Origin: Bacteroidales bacterium
Lineage (GTDB): Bacteria > Bacteroidota > Bacteroidia > Bacteroidales > UBA12077
Assembly (NCBI GenBank): GCA_041686115.1
Contig: JAWLEM010000002.1
Coordinates: 1-46,074 of the forward strand
DNA length: 46,074 bases
Direction of reading: 5' to 3'
Positions 17,733 through 26,039 of this stretch are shown one piece after another; positions within the stretch are counted from its first letter, which is position 1, and each line of letters starts with the position of its first letter. The notes beneath the pieces were generated by a model that was given only the letters and a program-made list of their open reading frames with translations, ran no database searches and was not told where the DNA came from. The translations under genes were made by a program, and so were the position numbers.

Positions 17733-18449
17733 ATGAAATTAAAAAACACAAAGTTCAGGATTTACTTTTTAAATTTTATACTATTAACTTTTATAATAAG
17801 TTGTGAAAAAGAAGAAAAACAAATAGAGCCAACAGTTACTTTTACATACAATGGTAATGAAGTGACATATGGTACTATTGTTTATGCAGGCAGAGTTTGG
17901 ATGGATAGAAATCTTGGGGCTTCACGTATAGCAAATTCATATAACGATACTGCAAGTTTTGGTGATTTTTTTCAGTGGGGTCGTGAAGCCGATGGACATC
18001 AAATAAAAACTAGCGATACAATAAGCACCCTTGCTTTATCGGGTCAGCAACCTAAGCATGATAAATTTATCATAACAAAAAATTATTATGATTGGAATTC
18101 AGATGAAAACTGGACTACTCGCTGGTTAACAAAATTTGGAAAAAAAACTTATGCGGATCCCTGCCCAAGTGGGTGGCGTGTTCCTACAAAGGAAGAATGG
18201 CAATCTGCTATTAACTCTGGACAATGGAATAACTACAAAGATGGTTTTAATTCTCCCCTTAAACTTCCTGCTGCTGGATATCGCAGTCATTTTGGTGATT
18301 TCTATTATCTTTACGATTTTAGTCTTTATTGGAGTTCTGGGCACTTAGGTTCAAGCGCTTCAATTCTTTTCCTTGATGATAATTATGCTAATACAAATCT
18401 GACTGGACGTGTAAACGGTTTATGTATCCGATGTATTATGGAGGAATAA
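17733..18449 (+). CDS. FISUMP (Fibrobacter succinogenes major paralogous) domain lipoprotein
   Basis: It has a lipobox (FIISC) plus the motifs GRVWMDRNLGA, GDFFQWGR..DGHQ, CPSGWRVPTKEEW, AAGYR and YWSS, typical of TIGR02145. Confidence 0.85.
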   Translation: MKLKNTKFRIYFLNFILLTFIISCEKEEKQIEPTVTFTYNGNEVTYGTIVYAGRVWMDRNLGASRIANSYNDTASFGDFFQWGREADGHQIKTSDTISTLALSGQQPKHDKFIITKNYYDWNSDENWTTRWLTKFGKKTYADPCPSGWRVPTKEEWQSAINSGQWNNYKDGFNSPLKLPAAGYRSHFGDFYYLYDFSLYWSSGHLGSSASILFLDDNYANTNLTGRVNGLCIRCIMEE

Positions 18450-18616
18450 TTTAATGTAATTAATAAAAAAATAGAGCTTTTAATAAACTCACTTGGACAC
18501 TTTCCTTCTATTTTGCAGTTTGTAACATGCAATCAATCGGGCATGTGGGTTTTTGTGGTTTGCTGACAAAACATTACCTTAGTAACTGAATGCTTTAGAA
18601 AAAGTCAGGAAGAAAA

Positions 18617-19022
18617 ATGAAACATTTATTAATTAAACAAGCCATTTTCTTACCAGTTATTTACTTTGGCTTTATTATAATTGCGGGATTTTTCGCTAAA
18701 GATTATTCCTACTTAGGACAACATGCTAGTGAATTAGGCATTAATTCCAGTAAAAGCGCAGTGATTTTATTCAAAACTGGTATTTTGTTAACCAGTATTT
18801 CTTTGTTTACATTAGTTAGCTATTGGGTTATTGTTAAATTTTAATAAATTTACATTATCACCTATTCTAATTTTTGCTTTTGGTGTGACTTGTATTTTTG
18901 GAGCTATTTATCCAATAGATTATCTCGTATTAACACAAAGATTATTTGGTATAGCAGTCATTGGTTGGTTTTTATTTATTTCGTATCATCTTAGTAAATT
19001 GATAAATAAAGGTATTTATTAG
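18617..19022 (+). pseudogene. DUF998-like membrane protein, apparently split by a +1 frameshift
   Basis: Two overlapping hydrophobic ORFs (18617-18844 and 18831-19022). The second frame is already open from 18816, and together they read as consecutive TM helices. Confidence 0.4.
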
Positions 19023-19123
19023 TATTGATTTAATCCTACATACAATAATTATAAAACAATAGGAGTTTAGAACTAAATCTTCATATTTTTTAGAAAAAGC
19101 TGAAAACCTAAAATCACAACGAC

Positions 19124-19756
19124 ATGGATCAACTAAAAAAAATAAGTATTCAGCTTGAACATGCCTTGCTATCCCTCGACCAGGAAGCTGCTTTACATAT
19201 AATCAGAGAGGCCCAAGATGACAGTTCACCAGATAAAATTGCCGGTGATTTGATATCTACTACTTTAGTAAGAATAGGTAATTCATGGGAATCGGGAAAT
19301 CTTTCCTTATCGCAGGTTTATATGAGCGGCATCATTTGCGAAAAAGTAATTGATGAAATTTTACCACCACAAAGCCCAATCAGAAAAAGCCAACCTAAAA
19401 TGGCTATTGCTGTGCTTGAAGACTTTCATTTGTTAGGAAAAAGAATCATCTTTTCGACACTAAGGGCAAGCGGCTATGAACTCATTGATTTAGGTGGAGG
19501 TTTAAGCATTGAAAGCATTGTTAACATTGTAAAAACCGAAGAGATTAAAATTTTATTACTCTCCGTTTTAATGTTACCATCGGCACTCCGCGTTAAAGAG
19601 TTGAAAAAGCAACTAAAGGATTTTGGTGTAACCATTGTAGTGGGTGGAGCTCCATTCAGGTTTGATGAGCAATTATGGGAAGAAGTAGGAGCCGATTATT
19701 ACGGCAAAGATTCATCCGAAGCATTGAAAATTGTAAATAAAATTATGGAGGATTGA
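19124..19756 (+). CDS. Cobalamin (corrinoid)-binding protein, MtaC/MtbC-like (B12-binding_2 helical cap + Rossmann B12-binding domain)
   Basis: It has the canonical base-off/His-on signature: DxHxxG (EDFHLLG), SxL (LSVLM) and GG (VVGGAPF). An N-terminal helical bundle precedes it. Confidence 0.85.
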   Translation: MDQLKKISIQLEHALLSLDQEAALHIIREAQDDSSPDKIAGDLISTTLVRIGNSWESGNLSLSQVYMSGIICEKVIDEILPPQSPIRKSQPKMAIAVLEDFHLLGKRIIFSTLRASGYELIDLGGGLSIESIVNIVKTEEIKILLLSVLMLPSALRVKELKKQLKDFGVTIVVGGAPFRFDEQLWEEVGADYYGKDSSEALKIVNKIMED

Positions 19757-19757
19757 T

Positions 19758-20798
19758 ATGAAAAGAGTTGAAATGACCCCGATGGAACGTGTTTTAACCA
19801 CATTGTCTCATAATGAACCCGACCGTGTTCCTTTGTTTTTATTACTCACCATGCATGGTGCAAAAGAACTGGGATTAAGTATTAAGGATTATTTTTCAAA
19901 AGCCGAAAATGTAGCTGAGGGTCAGATAAGGCTACAAAAAAAATACACTACAGATTGTTTTTATCCTCTTTTCTATACTCCGATTGAAGTAGAAGCTTTT
20001 GGTGCGGAGGTAATTTACCGAGAAGATGGCCCTCCAAATTCAGGACTCCCCATCATTAAAGACTTAACCGACATTAAAAAGCTGGAAGCACCGCGGGTAA
20101 GCGACACTAAAGTCTTGCATAAAGTTTTGAAATCCATCGAGATTCTGAAAGATGAAAGCAAAGGGAGTATACCGATTATAGGTGTTGCTATGTCGCCTTT
20201 TTCATTGCCTGTTATGCAACTTGGATTTGAAAAATACCTGGAACTTATGCATTATCACGAAGATTTATTCAACCATTTAATGAAAATCAACGAAGCATTT
20301 TGTATAGATTGGTCGAATGCACAATTGGCTGCAGGGGCTACTGCCATTTGTTATTTCGACCCGGTATCTTCTCCTACCATCATCCCAAAAGGACTATATC
20401 GCAAAACGGGCTTTCAGGTAGCTAAACGAACCATCACAAAAATTAAAGGGTCAACAGCTACTCACTTTGCTTCCGGAAATTGTTTAAAACTGGCTGATTT
20501 ACTACCCGAAACAGGAACAGCGGTGGTAGGGGTTAGTACTCATGAAAGCATCAGCGAAATCAAGCAGGCATATAAAAACAAATTATCTGTTTTAGGAAAT
20601 TTAAATGGAATTGAAATGCGGCGTTGGACAAAAGAAGAAACTACAAATATTGTTAAGGAAGTGATAAAAAAAGCGGCCCCGGGAGGAGGATTTATCTTAT
20701 CTGATAATCATGGCGAAATACCATTTCAGGTAAAAGACGAAACCTTACTGGCAGTATCAGCCGCTGTAAAAGAATTCGGAACTTACCCAATTCAATAA
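19758..20798 (+). CDS. Uroporphyrinogen decarboxylase (URO-D) family protein, MtaA/CmuA-like corrinoid methyltransferase homologue
   Basis: It starts 1 nt after the corrinoid protein stop. N-terminal MTPMERVLTTLSHNEPDRVPLF and the overall length match the MtaA/URO-D family. The expected HxC...C zinc ligands read THFASGNC and SDNHGE. Confidence 0.75.
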   Translation: MKRVEMTPMERVLTTLSHNEPDRVPLFLLLTMHGAKELGLSIKDYFSKAENVAEGQIRLQKKYTTDCFYPLFYTPIEVEAFGAEVIYREDGPPNSGLPIIKDLTDIKKLEAPRVSDTKVLHKVLKSIEILKDESKGSIPIIGVAMSPFSLPVMQLGFEKYLELMHYHEDLFNHLMKINEAFCIDWSNAQLAAGATAICYFDPVSSPTIIPKGLYRKTGFQVAKRTITKIKGSTATHFASGNCLKLADLLPETGTAVVGVSTHESISEIKQAYKNKLSVLGNLNGIEMRRWTKEETTNIVKEVIKKAAPGGGFILSDNHGEIPFQVKDETLLAVSAAVKEFGTYPIQ

Positions 20799-20809
20799 AC
20801 AATGGTTTG

Positions 20810-22543
20810 ATGGAAAAAAAACTGACACTATCAGCTTGTAATTTTTTAATACCCGAAATAGCACAAGTCTTTAAAAATGGGTATTACCCGGAAGTGCAAT
20901 TAATCTCCTACCCGGTTAATTGCTCTTCGAACGCACTAAATTCCAATGTGGTTTCTGAAGTCGCATCAAAATCGGTTTCAGATTCCGACATTATTGTTAT
21001 TGGGAGTTTTTGTCATTCACCGCAAAATTCAGAAATCAAAGGCAACAAAAACGTTCAGGTTATTCAATTGGAACAATGTTTTGAACTTGTGTTAAACCCC
21101 GAAACCATTTATCATTTTGTAAAACAGGGTTATTATATTGTAACCAATGGTTGGTTAAGGAGCTACGAGCGCAATATTCAGGATTGGGGATTTGATAAAC
21201 CATCAGCCAGGTCGTTTTTTCAGGAATCGATGAAATCGATCCTTCTGCTCGACACAAAAATCCCGGGTGATTATATGCCTAACCTTTTGGCCCTTTCCGA
21301 CTATATGGGATTGCCCTACGAGATTATCCCGATTGGATTATCTCATTGCAAAAAATATATTGATACAATAGTACTAAACTGGCGAAACGAGAACGAACAA
21401 AAAAAATTAACCGATAAGCTCTCAACAATTTCCAAACAAAGTGCGGACCATAAACTTATTTTTAATCAACTGGAGACACTTGTTCGACTAACAAATGAAA
21501 AAGAAATTACTCAAATAGGTGTCGAATTGATAAATATTTTATTCGCACCTTCTAAGATTGTTTACAAATTTGTGAACAATGATCAAGAAAAATCATTCGA
21601 TTTTAAGGGTTTTTTCAATGCTGACAATTTTAATGCTGAGAACTCCTTTGAAATTGAAATTAAATATGCGGATGAATTATTGGGCATCGCTGAAGTAAAA
21701 GGTCTTCAATTTCCGCAATTTAAAAAGAAGTATGAGGAGATGGGGGTTGTTATCAGTCAGATATTTGGAATGGCAATTGCAAATGCACGTAAATACTCTG
21801 AACTCGAAGATGCCAATCTGGCTCTAAAAGTTAGTGAAGCTGAGTTGAGCGAATTAAACGCCACTAAAGACAAATTCTTTTCAATCATTGCCCACGATTT
21901 GAAAGGGCCATTTAGTACAATTGTTGGATTAAGTGAAATGCTTGTTAAAAAAATCAAGGAAAAGGACTATGATAAGATAGAGAAATATGCCGGGTTTATC
22001 TTTCATTCATCCAAACGAGCAATGGATTTACTTATGAACCTCATGGAATGGTCGCAATCCCAAACCGGCAGGATGGAATTTAATCCTGAACGATTCGATT
22101 TAACTGTATACATTAATGATATCACACTGCTGTTCGATGACATTGCAAGGCAAAAGGGAATAGTAATCAAAAAAGAATTACCTGACAATACTCTAGTATT
22201 TGCAGATCAAGCTATGATAAGCACAGTGCTGCGAAACCTGATTTCGAATGCTATTAAATTTACCAAGCCGGGTGGTGAGATTACAATTTTAGTGAGGGCA
22301 GAAAAAAAAGAATGCATTGTATCAGTAAAAGATAACGGAATCGGAATACCAAAAGACAGTGTTGGCAAACTATTCCGTATTGATGAAAATTACTCTACAC
22401 AAGGAACTGCCAACGAAGAAGGCACCGGACTGGGATTAATATTGTGTAAAGAGTTCGTTGAAAAGCATGATCAAGAGATTTGGATTGAAAGCGAAGAGGG
22501 TAAAGGCTCAACATTTTATTTTACCTTGCCTTTAATTAAATAA
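20810..22543 (+). CDS. Sensor histidine kinase with N-terminal DUF1638-like domain
   Basis: The N-terminal ~190 aa (SACNFLIPEI...IIVIGSFC...QCFELVL...YYIVTNGWL) resembles DUF1638. A coiled-coil/GAF-like segment follows. It then has the H-box FSIIAHDLKGP, the N-box LISNAIKFT, G1 DNGIGI and G2 GTGLGL. No TM helix and no receiver domain. Confidence 0.75.
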   Translation: MEKKLTLSACNFLIPEIAQVFKNGYYPEVQLISYPVNCSSNALNSNVVSEVASKSVSDSDIIVIGSFCHSPQNSEIKGNKNVQVIQLEQCFELVLNPETIYHFVKQGYYIVTNGWLRSYERNIQDWGFDKPSARSFFQESMKSILLLDTKIPGDYMPNLLALSDYMGLPYEIIPIGLSHCKKYIDTIVLNWRNENEQKKLTDKLSTISKQSADHKLIFNQLETLVRLTNEKEITQIGVELINILFAPSKIVYKFVNNDQEKSFDFKGFFNADNFNAENSFEIEIKYADELLGIAEVKGLQFPQFKKKYEEMGVVISQIFGMAIANARKYSELEDANLALKVSEAELSELNATKDKFFSIIAHDLKGPFSTIVGLSEMLVKKIKEKDYDKIEKYAGFIFHSSKRAMDLLMNLMEWSQSQTGRMEFNPERFDLTVYINDITLLFDDIARQKGIVIKKELPDNTLVFADQAMISTVLRNLISNAIKFTKPGGEITILVRAEKKECIVSVKDNGIGIPKDSVGKLFRIDENYSTQGTANEEGTGLGLILCKEFVEKHDQEIWIESEEGKGSTFYFTLPLIK

Positions 22544-22551
22544 TTACAATA

Positions 22552-22633
22552 CCCCGACAACTGTTGGCGCGATTGGGGTAAAATAAATTGATCTTTTAGT
22601 CAGCGGATGACTCCTGAATCAATTTTTTTGTAG
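22552..22633 (+). repeat. Dispersed ~80-nt intergenic element, copy B (core ACAACTGTTGGCGCGATTGG ... CTGAATCAATTTTTTTGT)
   Basis: It begins 9 nt after the kinase stop codon, is colinear with copy A (16436-16508) and contains the palindrome CGACAAC-T-GTTGGCG. Confidence 0.55.
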
Positions 22634-22685
22634 TAATAAACATTATCTGGATCGGGTAATTTTTGCAACCTGTATGGATGCTTAA

Positions 22686-23429
22686 TTATTGTATATTAAA
22701 AGTAAGTATAGTATCTCCCATTTCCCACCCATCTTGGTCCCCATCTAGTAAAATTCCACTGGTATCAGAAATACCTACATAACTCGCTCCACCAATCCAC
22801 ATAAATTTAAATGAAAGGTACAAATTGCATGGAAATGTTGGACAAAAACTATCTGTTTTTTCTTTCGATAATATGGATAAAACTTCGCCATCTTCTAACC
22901 AATAATATGTATAAGATACATTTGAATAGTCTGTATTAAGATTTACGAAGCCCGAAAGTGGGTAATATGGAATTGTGTCAGCGGGTCTGTTAAACCTAAC
23001 ATCAATTTTAACTAAACTATCTACTATGGTGTATTCGTCTGTACTTGTCGGAGAAATAATTATAAAAGGGGTGTTTGGAGTTGCATAAACGTCAAAGCCA
23101 TTAGACCTGTTTCCTGCTTTGTCGTATGCCACTATTGTAAATTTATAGGTTACATTATTGGTTAAATTAGTAATCACTACTCCATCAACACCATATTCTC
23201 TTACAACCTTTTTAATTCCATTATGGTAATAGGTTATTTCTACTCCTTCACTTTCATATACACCCCATGACCAATTGAAAGAAACAGATCTATCACCGAC
23301 ATTATAACTGGATAAAAAAAGTTTAGGAGGAGTAGTATCCTGTTCTTCTTGTTCCTCAGTGCAGCCGAATGATAAAAAACAAAAAATAAGAGCTGACAAT
23401 ATGGTTAATGCTCTGGCATTATTCTTCAT
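22686..23429 (-). CDS. Lipoprotein with fibronectin type III-like domain
   Basis: Lipobox (FLSFGC). PPKLFLSS...RSVSFNWSW...YKFTIVAYDKAGNRS is an FN3-like pattern. Confidence 0.6.
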   Translation of the reverse strand: MKNNARALTILSALIFCFLSFGCTEEQEEQDTTPPKLFLSSYNVGDRSVSFNWSWGVYESEGVEITYYHNGIKKVVREYGVDGVVITNLTNNVTYKFTIVAYDKAGNRSNGFDVYATPNTPFIIISPTSTDEYTIVDSLVKIDVRFNRPADTIPYYPLSGFVNLNTDYSNVSYTYYWLEDGEVLSILSKEKTDSFCPTFPCNLYLSFKFMWIGGASYVGISDTSGILLDGDQDGWEMGDTILTFNIQ

Positions 23430-23875
23430 CAGACAAATGATTTATTATAAACTATAAATTTACAACGAAAAGAACACAATGTCAAGAAAATACACCTAGC
23501 AATCACGTTGTTATAAAATTTTCAGAAGTTAATTTAAAGTTCATTGTTATGTAATTTAAAAAACAGATCTAAACAAAAATTACTCTCTTAAATCAAATTA
23601 ACCAAAGTAGTTTAATTGTTGGGTATCAAAATATGAACTGATAGTTCTGGTGTTTATGGCGCACAATTTGTAACATTGCTTCACAAGCCATAAGGGGGGT
23701 AATCACTTTTCGGCTAATGATCCTAATAAGTATCGGGACGATTCGCTAAGTTGGTAGTTTGCTGACTAAGTATTATCTTTAGTGGTGGTTTAAAAGGGTA
23801 ACCGCAAACTATAGAGGGAGCTCCCGTACTCAAGTTACTTAATGGCTAAATTAACGGAAACACTAAACCAAAACC

Positions 23876-24280
23876 ATGGAAAAACAAGATTACCTCAAAA
23901 GACAAATCGACCAGCTGGGAAAAGTTTTGAGTGAACTGCTGGCTAAATTAACTGGTTCAGGCAAAAATACGGATGCTTCAGAAACACTTGAGATAGTAAG
24001 TCAGGTGCTTGATGAAAACCTGGATTGGGATATCGAACAACTACTGAATATTCCAGAAAATGAGTTTATCGATAGAGTAAAAGAAAATCGTTTATTAAAT
24101 AATGCGAACTTAGAAACTTTGGCTGATGTTTTGGTAGCGTTTGCAAACCATTATTCATTAAATAAAGACGGTTTATTGAAAAGGGCTTTAATCATTTATA
24201 AGCACATTGAAAAGTCGAACAAAACATTCTCTTTTACCCGAAACCAGAAGATGGAAAAAGTCCGGGGTTTGCTGAAATAG
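23876..24280 (+). CDS. Hypothetical alpha-helical protein
   Basis: 134-aa ORF with an ATG start and coding-like composition. No family recognised. Confidence 0.5.
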   Translation: MEKQDYLKRQIDQLGKVLSELLAKLTGSGKNTDASETLEIVSQVLDENLDWDIEQLLNIPENEFIDRVKENRLLNNANLETLADVLVAFANHYSLNKDGLLKRALIIYKHIEKSNKTFSFTRNQKMEKVRGLLK

Positions 24281-24433
24281 TAATGATCGAATTCTATTCA
24301 TTTTTATAATATTAAATTTAAAAAGCATTAATTTAGGGGGATATATTTTTTAAAACGTCATATTATAAATAATAGTATACAACCTAATTTATTAACCATT
24401 AAATTTTACTGTAAATATTTAATATTATATAAA

Positions 24434-25642
24434 ATGATACTTAAAAAAACAGCTCAGCTTTTATTAATAGCCATATCGCTATTTTTTATTGGTTGCAATC
24501 AATCAGTAAATAAAAAAGAGAACTTAACCAAAGTATATCATAAACTGAACAAGGTACATAGTGCATCGTATAATATCCGGAAAGAGTCGTGGGCACCTTA
24601 TGATACAGTTCCTTCGTTTGTGTATAATTTGCATGAAATAGAAATAGATAACCCTTCTGACACTACGATTGGAGCTTGTTATGTTTCTTTTACAGAAGAA
24701 GAATCCAGGGTAAGAAGTATTTATGATGGACAGATGTCTGCAACCTTTTTTCATGAACATCAGGGAGTGATTATCGATAGTTTTAAAATTGACCGGGGAC
24801 TGGAATTTAGGCCGCTTTCACCACCCTTTTTTAATTATACCCGAAGTATTATTCATTATATCCTTAACACCGGAGATAGTATAAATCTTAGCTTTGAGCA
24901 TAAGGATAGCGCTTACTATTACCGGTTAAACATTTTTGAAGACCGGCAGGTTGAATTTTTCGGGAGAGCTTACCATATGCCTGAAAATCCTTACAATTTG
25001 GGAGAAACAACATCTCAATATGAATTGTGGATAGATAAAAAAACCAACCTTCCTTACCGTGTGCGGCGAAAAATGTCGCATGATATTTCGGTATCTTCGG
25101 TTAGCGAGGTAGAAATAAACACCCACAGCCTTGAAGATTTCAATGCTGGCGATTATCTCCCCGATGATTATGAATACCGGGAGTGGGGCGTGGATAATAA
25201 AAAAACAAAACAGGAGCCAATCAAAGGAGAAGTTGCGGCAGACTGGACGCTCCGGTCAACTGATAATACCGATGTTACATTGAATGATTTGGATAGTAAG
25301 CTGATTTTATTACAATTTACCAGTGTAAGTTGTGGCCCCTGCAGGGTTTCGGTTCCATTTTTAAACCGTCTGTCGGCTGAATATCCCAAAGAGCAATTGG
25401 CTGTTATTGCCATTGAATGTACAGCAAAAAGTGTAAGGGCTATAAAACATTACCGTGAGGTAAATGAGATTATATACCCCCTATTGAAATCAAACCACGA
25501 TGTAAAAGAAAACTACCAGGTATCCTCGTTCCCTGTATTTTATCTTATTGATGAAAACCGGGAGGTTGTTCATATAAGCAAAGGTTATGCCGAAGGAACA
25601 ACGGATGAGAAACTGAAAAAGATAATCCATCAATACATTTAA
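24434..25642 (+). CDS. TlpA-like thiol:disulfide oxidoreductase lipoprotein (N-terminal domain of unknown function + thioredoxin fold)
   Basis: Lipobox (LFFIGC). C-terminal LLQFTSVSCGPCRVSVPFLNRL carries the CxxC motif, and SSFPVFYLID is typical of the AhpC/TSA-TlpA fold. Confidence 0.8.
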   Translation: MILKKTAQLLLIAISLFFIGCNQSVNKKENLTKVYHKLNKVHSASYNIRKESWAPYDTVPSFVYNLHEIEIDNPSDTTIGACYVSFTEEESRVRSIYDGQMSATFFHEHQGVIIDSFKIDRGLEFRPLSPPFFNYTRSIIHYILNTGDSINLSFEHKDSAYYYRLNIFEDRQVEFFGRAYHMPENPYNLGETTSQYELWIDKKTNLPYRVRRKMSHDISVSSVSEVEINTHSLEDFNAGDYLPDDYEYREWGVDNKKTKQEPIKGEVAADWTLRSTDNTDVTLNDLDSKLILLQFTSVSCGPCRVSVPFLNRLSAEYPKEQLAVIAIECTAKSVRAIKHYREVNEIIYPLLKSNHDVKENYQVSSFPVFYLIDENREVVHISKGYAEGTTDEKLKKIIHQYI

Positions 25643-25645
25643 ACC

Positions 25646-26005
25646 ATGGAGAAAATCAACATACCCGAGAAACTGGATTTGTTTGATGATTACTGGAATC
25701 CGCGTATTGTAGCTGAGCTGAATGGGCAGTATGTTAAGCTGGCTAAATTTAAGGGTGATTTTGTATGGCATAAGCATGATGATGAAGACGAAATGTTTTT
25801 TGTTATCAGGGGTGAATTAGCGGTAGAATTCAGGAATAAAACGGTTTACCTGAAACCCAATGAATGCATTGTTGTTCCCCGAGGTGTGGAGCACAGGCCT
25901 GTAGCTACTAAAGAAGCTCATGTTATGCTATTTGAACCCAAAAGTACATTAAATACAGGTGATGCCGGGGGAGAACTCTCCCGAAATGACCTGGAAAAGA
26001 TTTAA
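25646..26005 (+). CDS. Cupin domain protein
   Basis: 119 aa. WHKHDDEDEMFFVIRGEL...VVPRGVEHRP is a classic cupin two-motif pattern. Confidence 0.85.
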   Translation: MEKINIPEKLDLFDDYWNPRIVAELNGQYVKLAKFKGDFVWHKHDDEDEMFFVIRGELAVEFRNKTVYLKPNECIVVPRGVEHRPVATKEAHVMLFEPKSTLNTGDAGGELSRNDLEKI

Positions 26006-26039
26006 TTTTTGTACTTTTACCTTAGAAAAATTTATTGTT

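Noticed and set aside
23686-23730. Fluoride (crcB-motif) riboswitch-like string GCCATAA...GGCTAATGATCCTAA
   Set aside because: The 5' stem-loop lacks the GAUGG-type loop needed for the pseudoknot with the 3' CCUA segment. The downstream gene is not crcB, eriC or anything related. The resemblance is limited to two short words recalled from memory.
23743-23800. tRNA-like D-arm string GCTAAGTTGGTAGTTTGC
   Set aside because: No acceptor stem, no plausible anticodon arm and no GTTCRANYC T-loop follow it.
25959-26039. N-terminal 27-aa extension of the dGTPase ORF overlapping the cupin gene
   Set aside because: The extension overlaps the 3' end of the cupin CDS in another frame. Conserved Dgt sequence begins at MMHWDQLLSAKRFG (26040).
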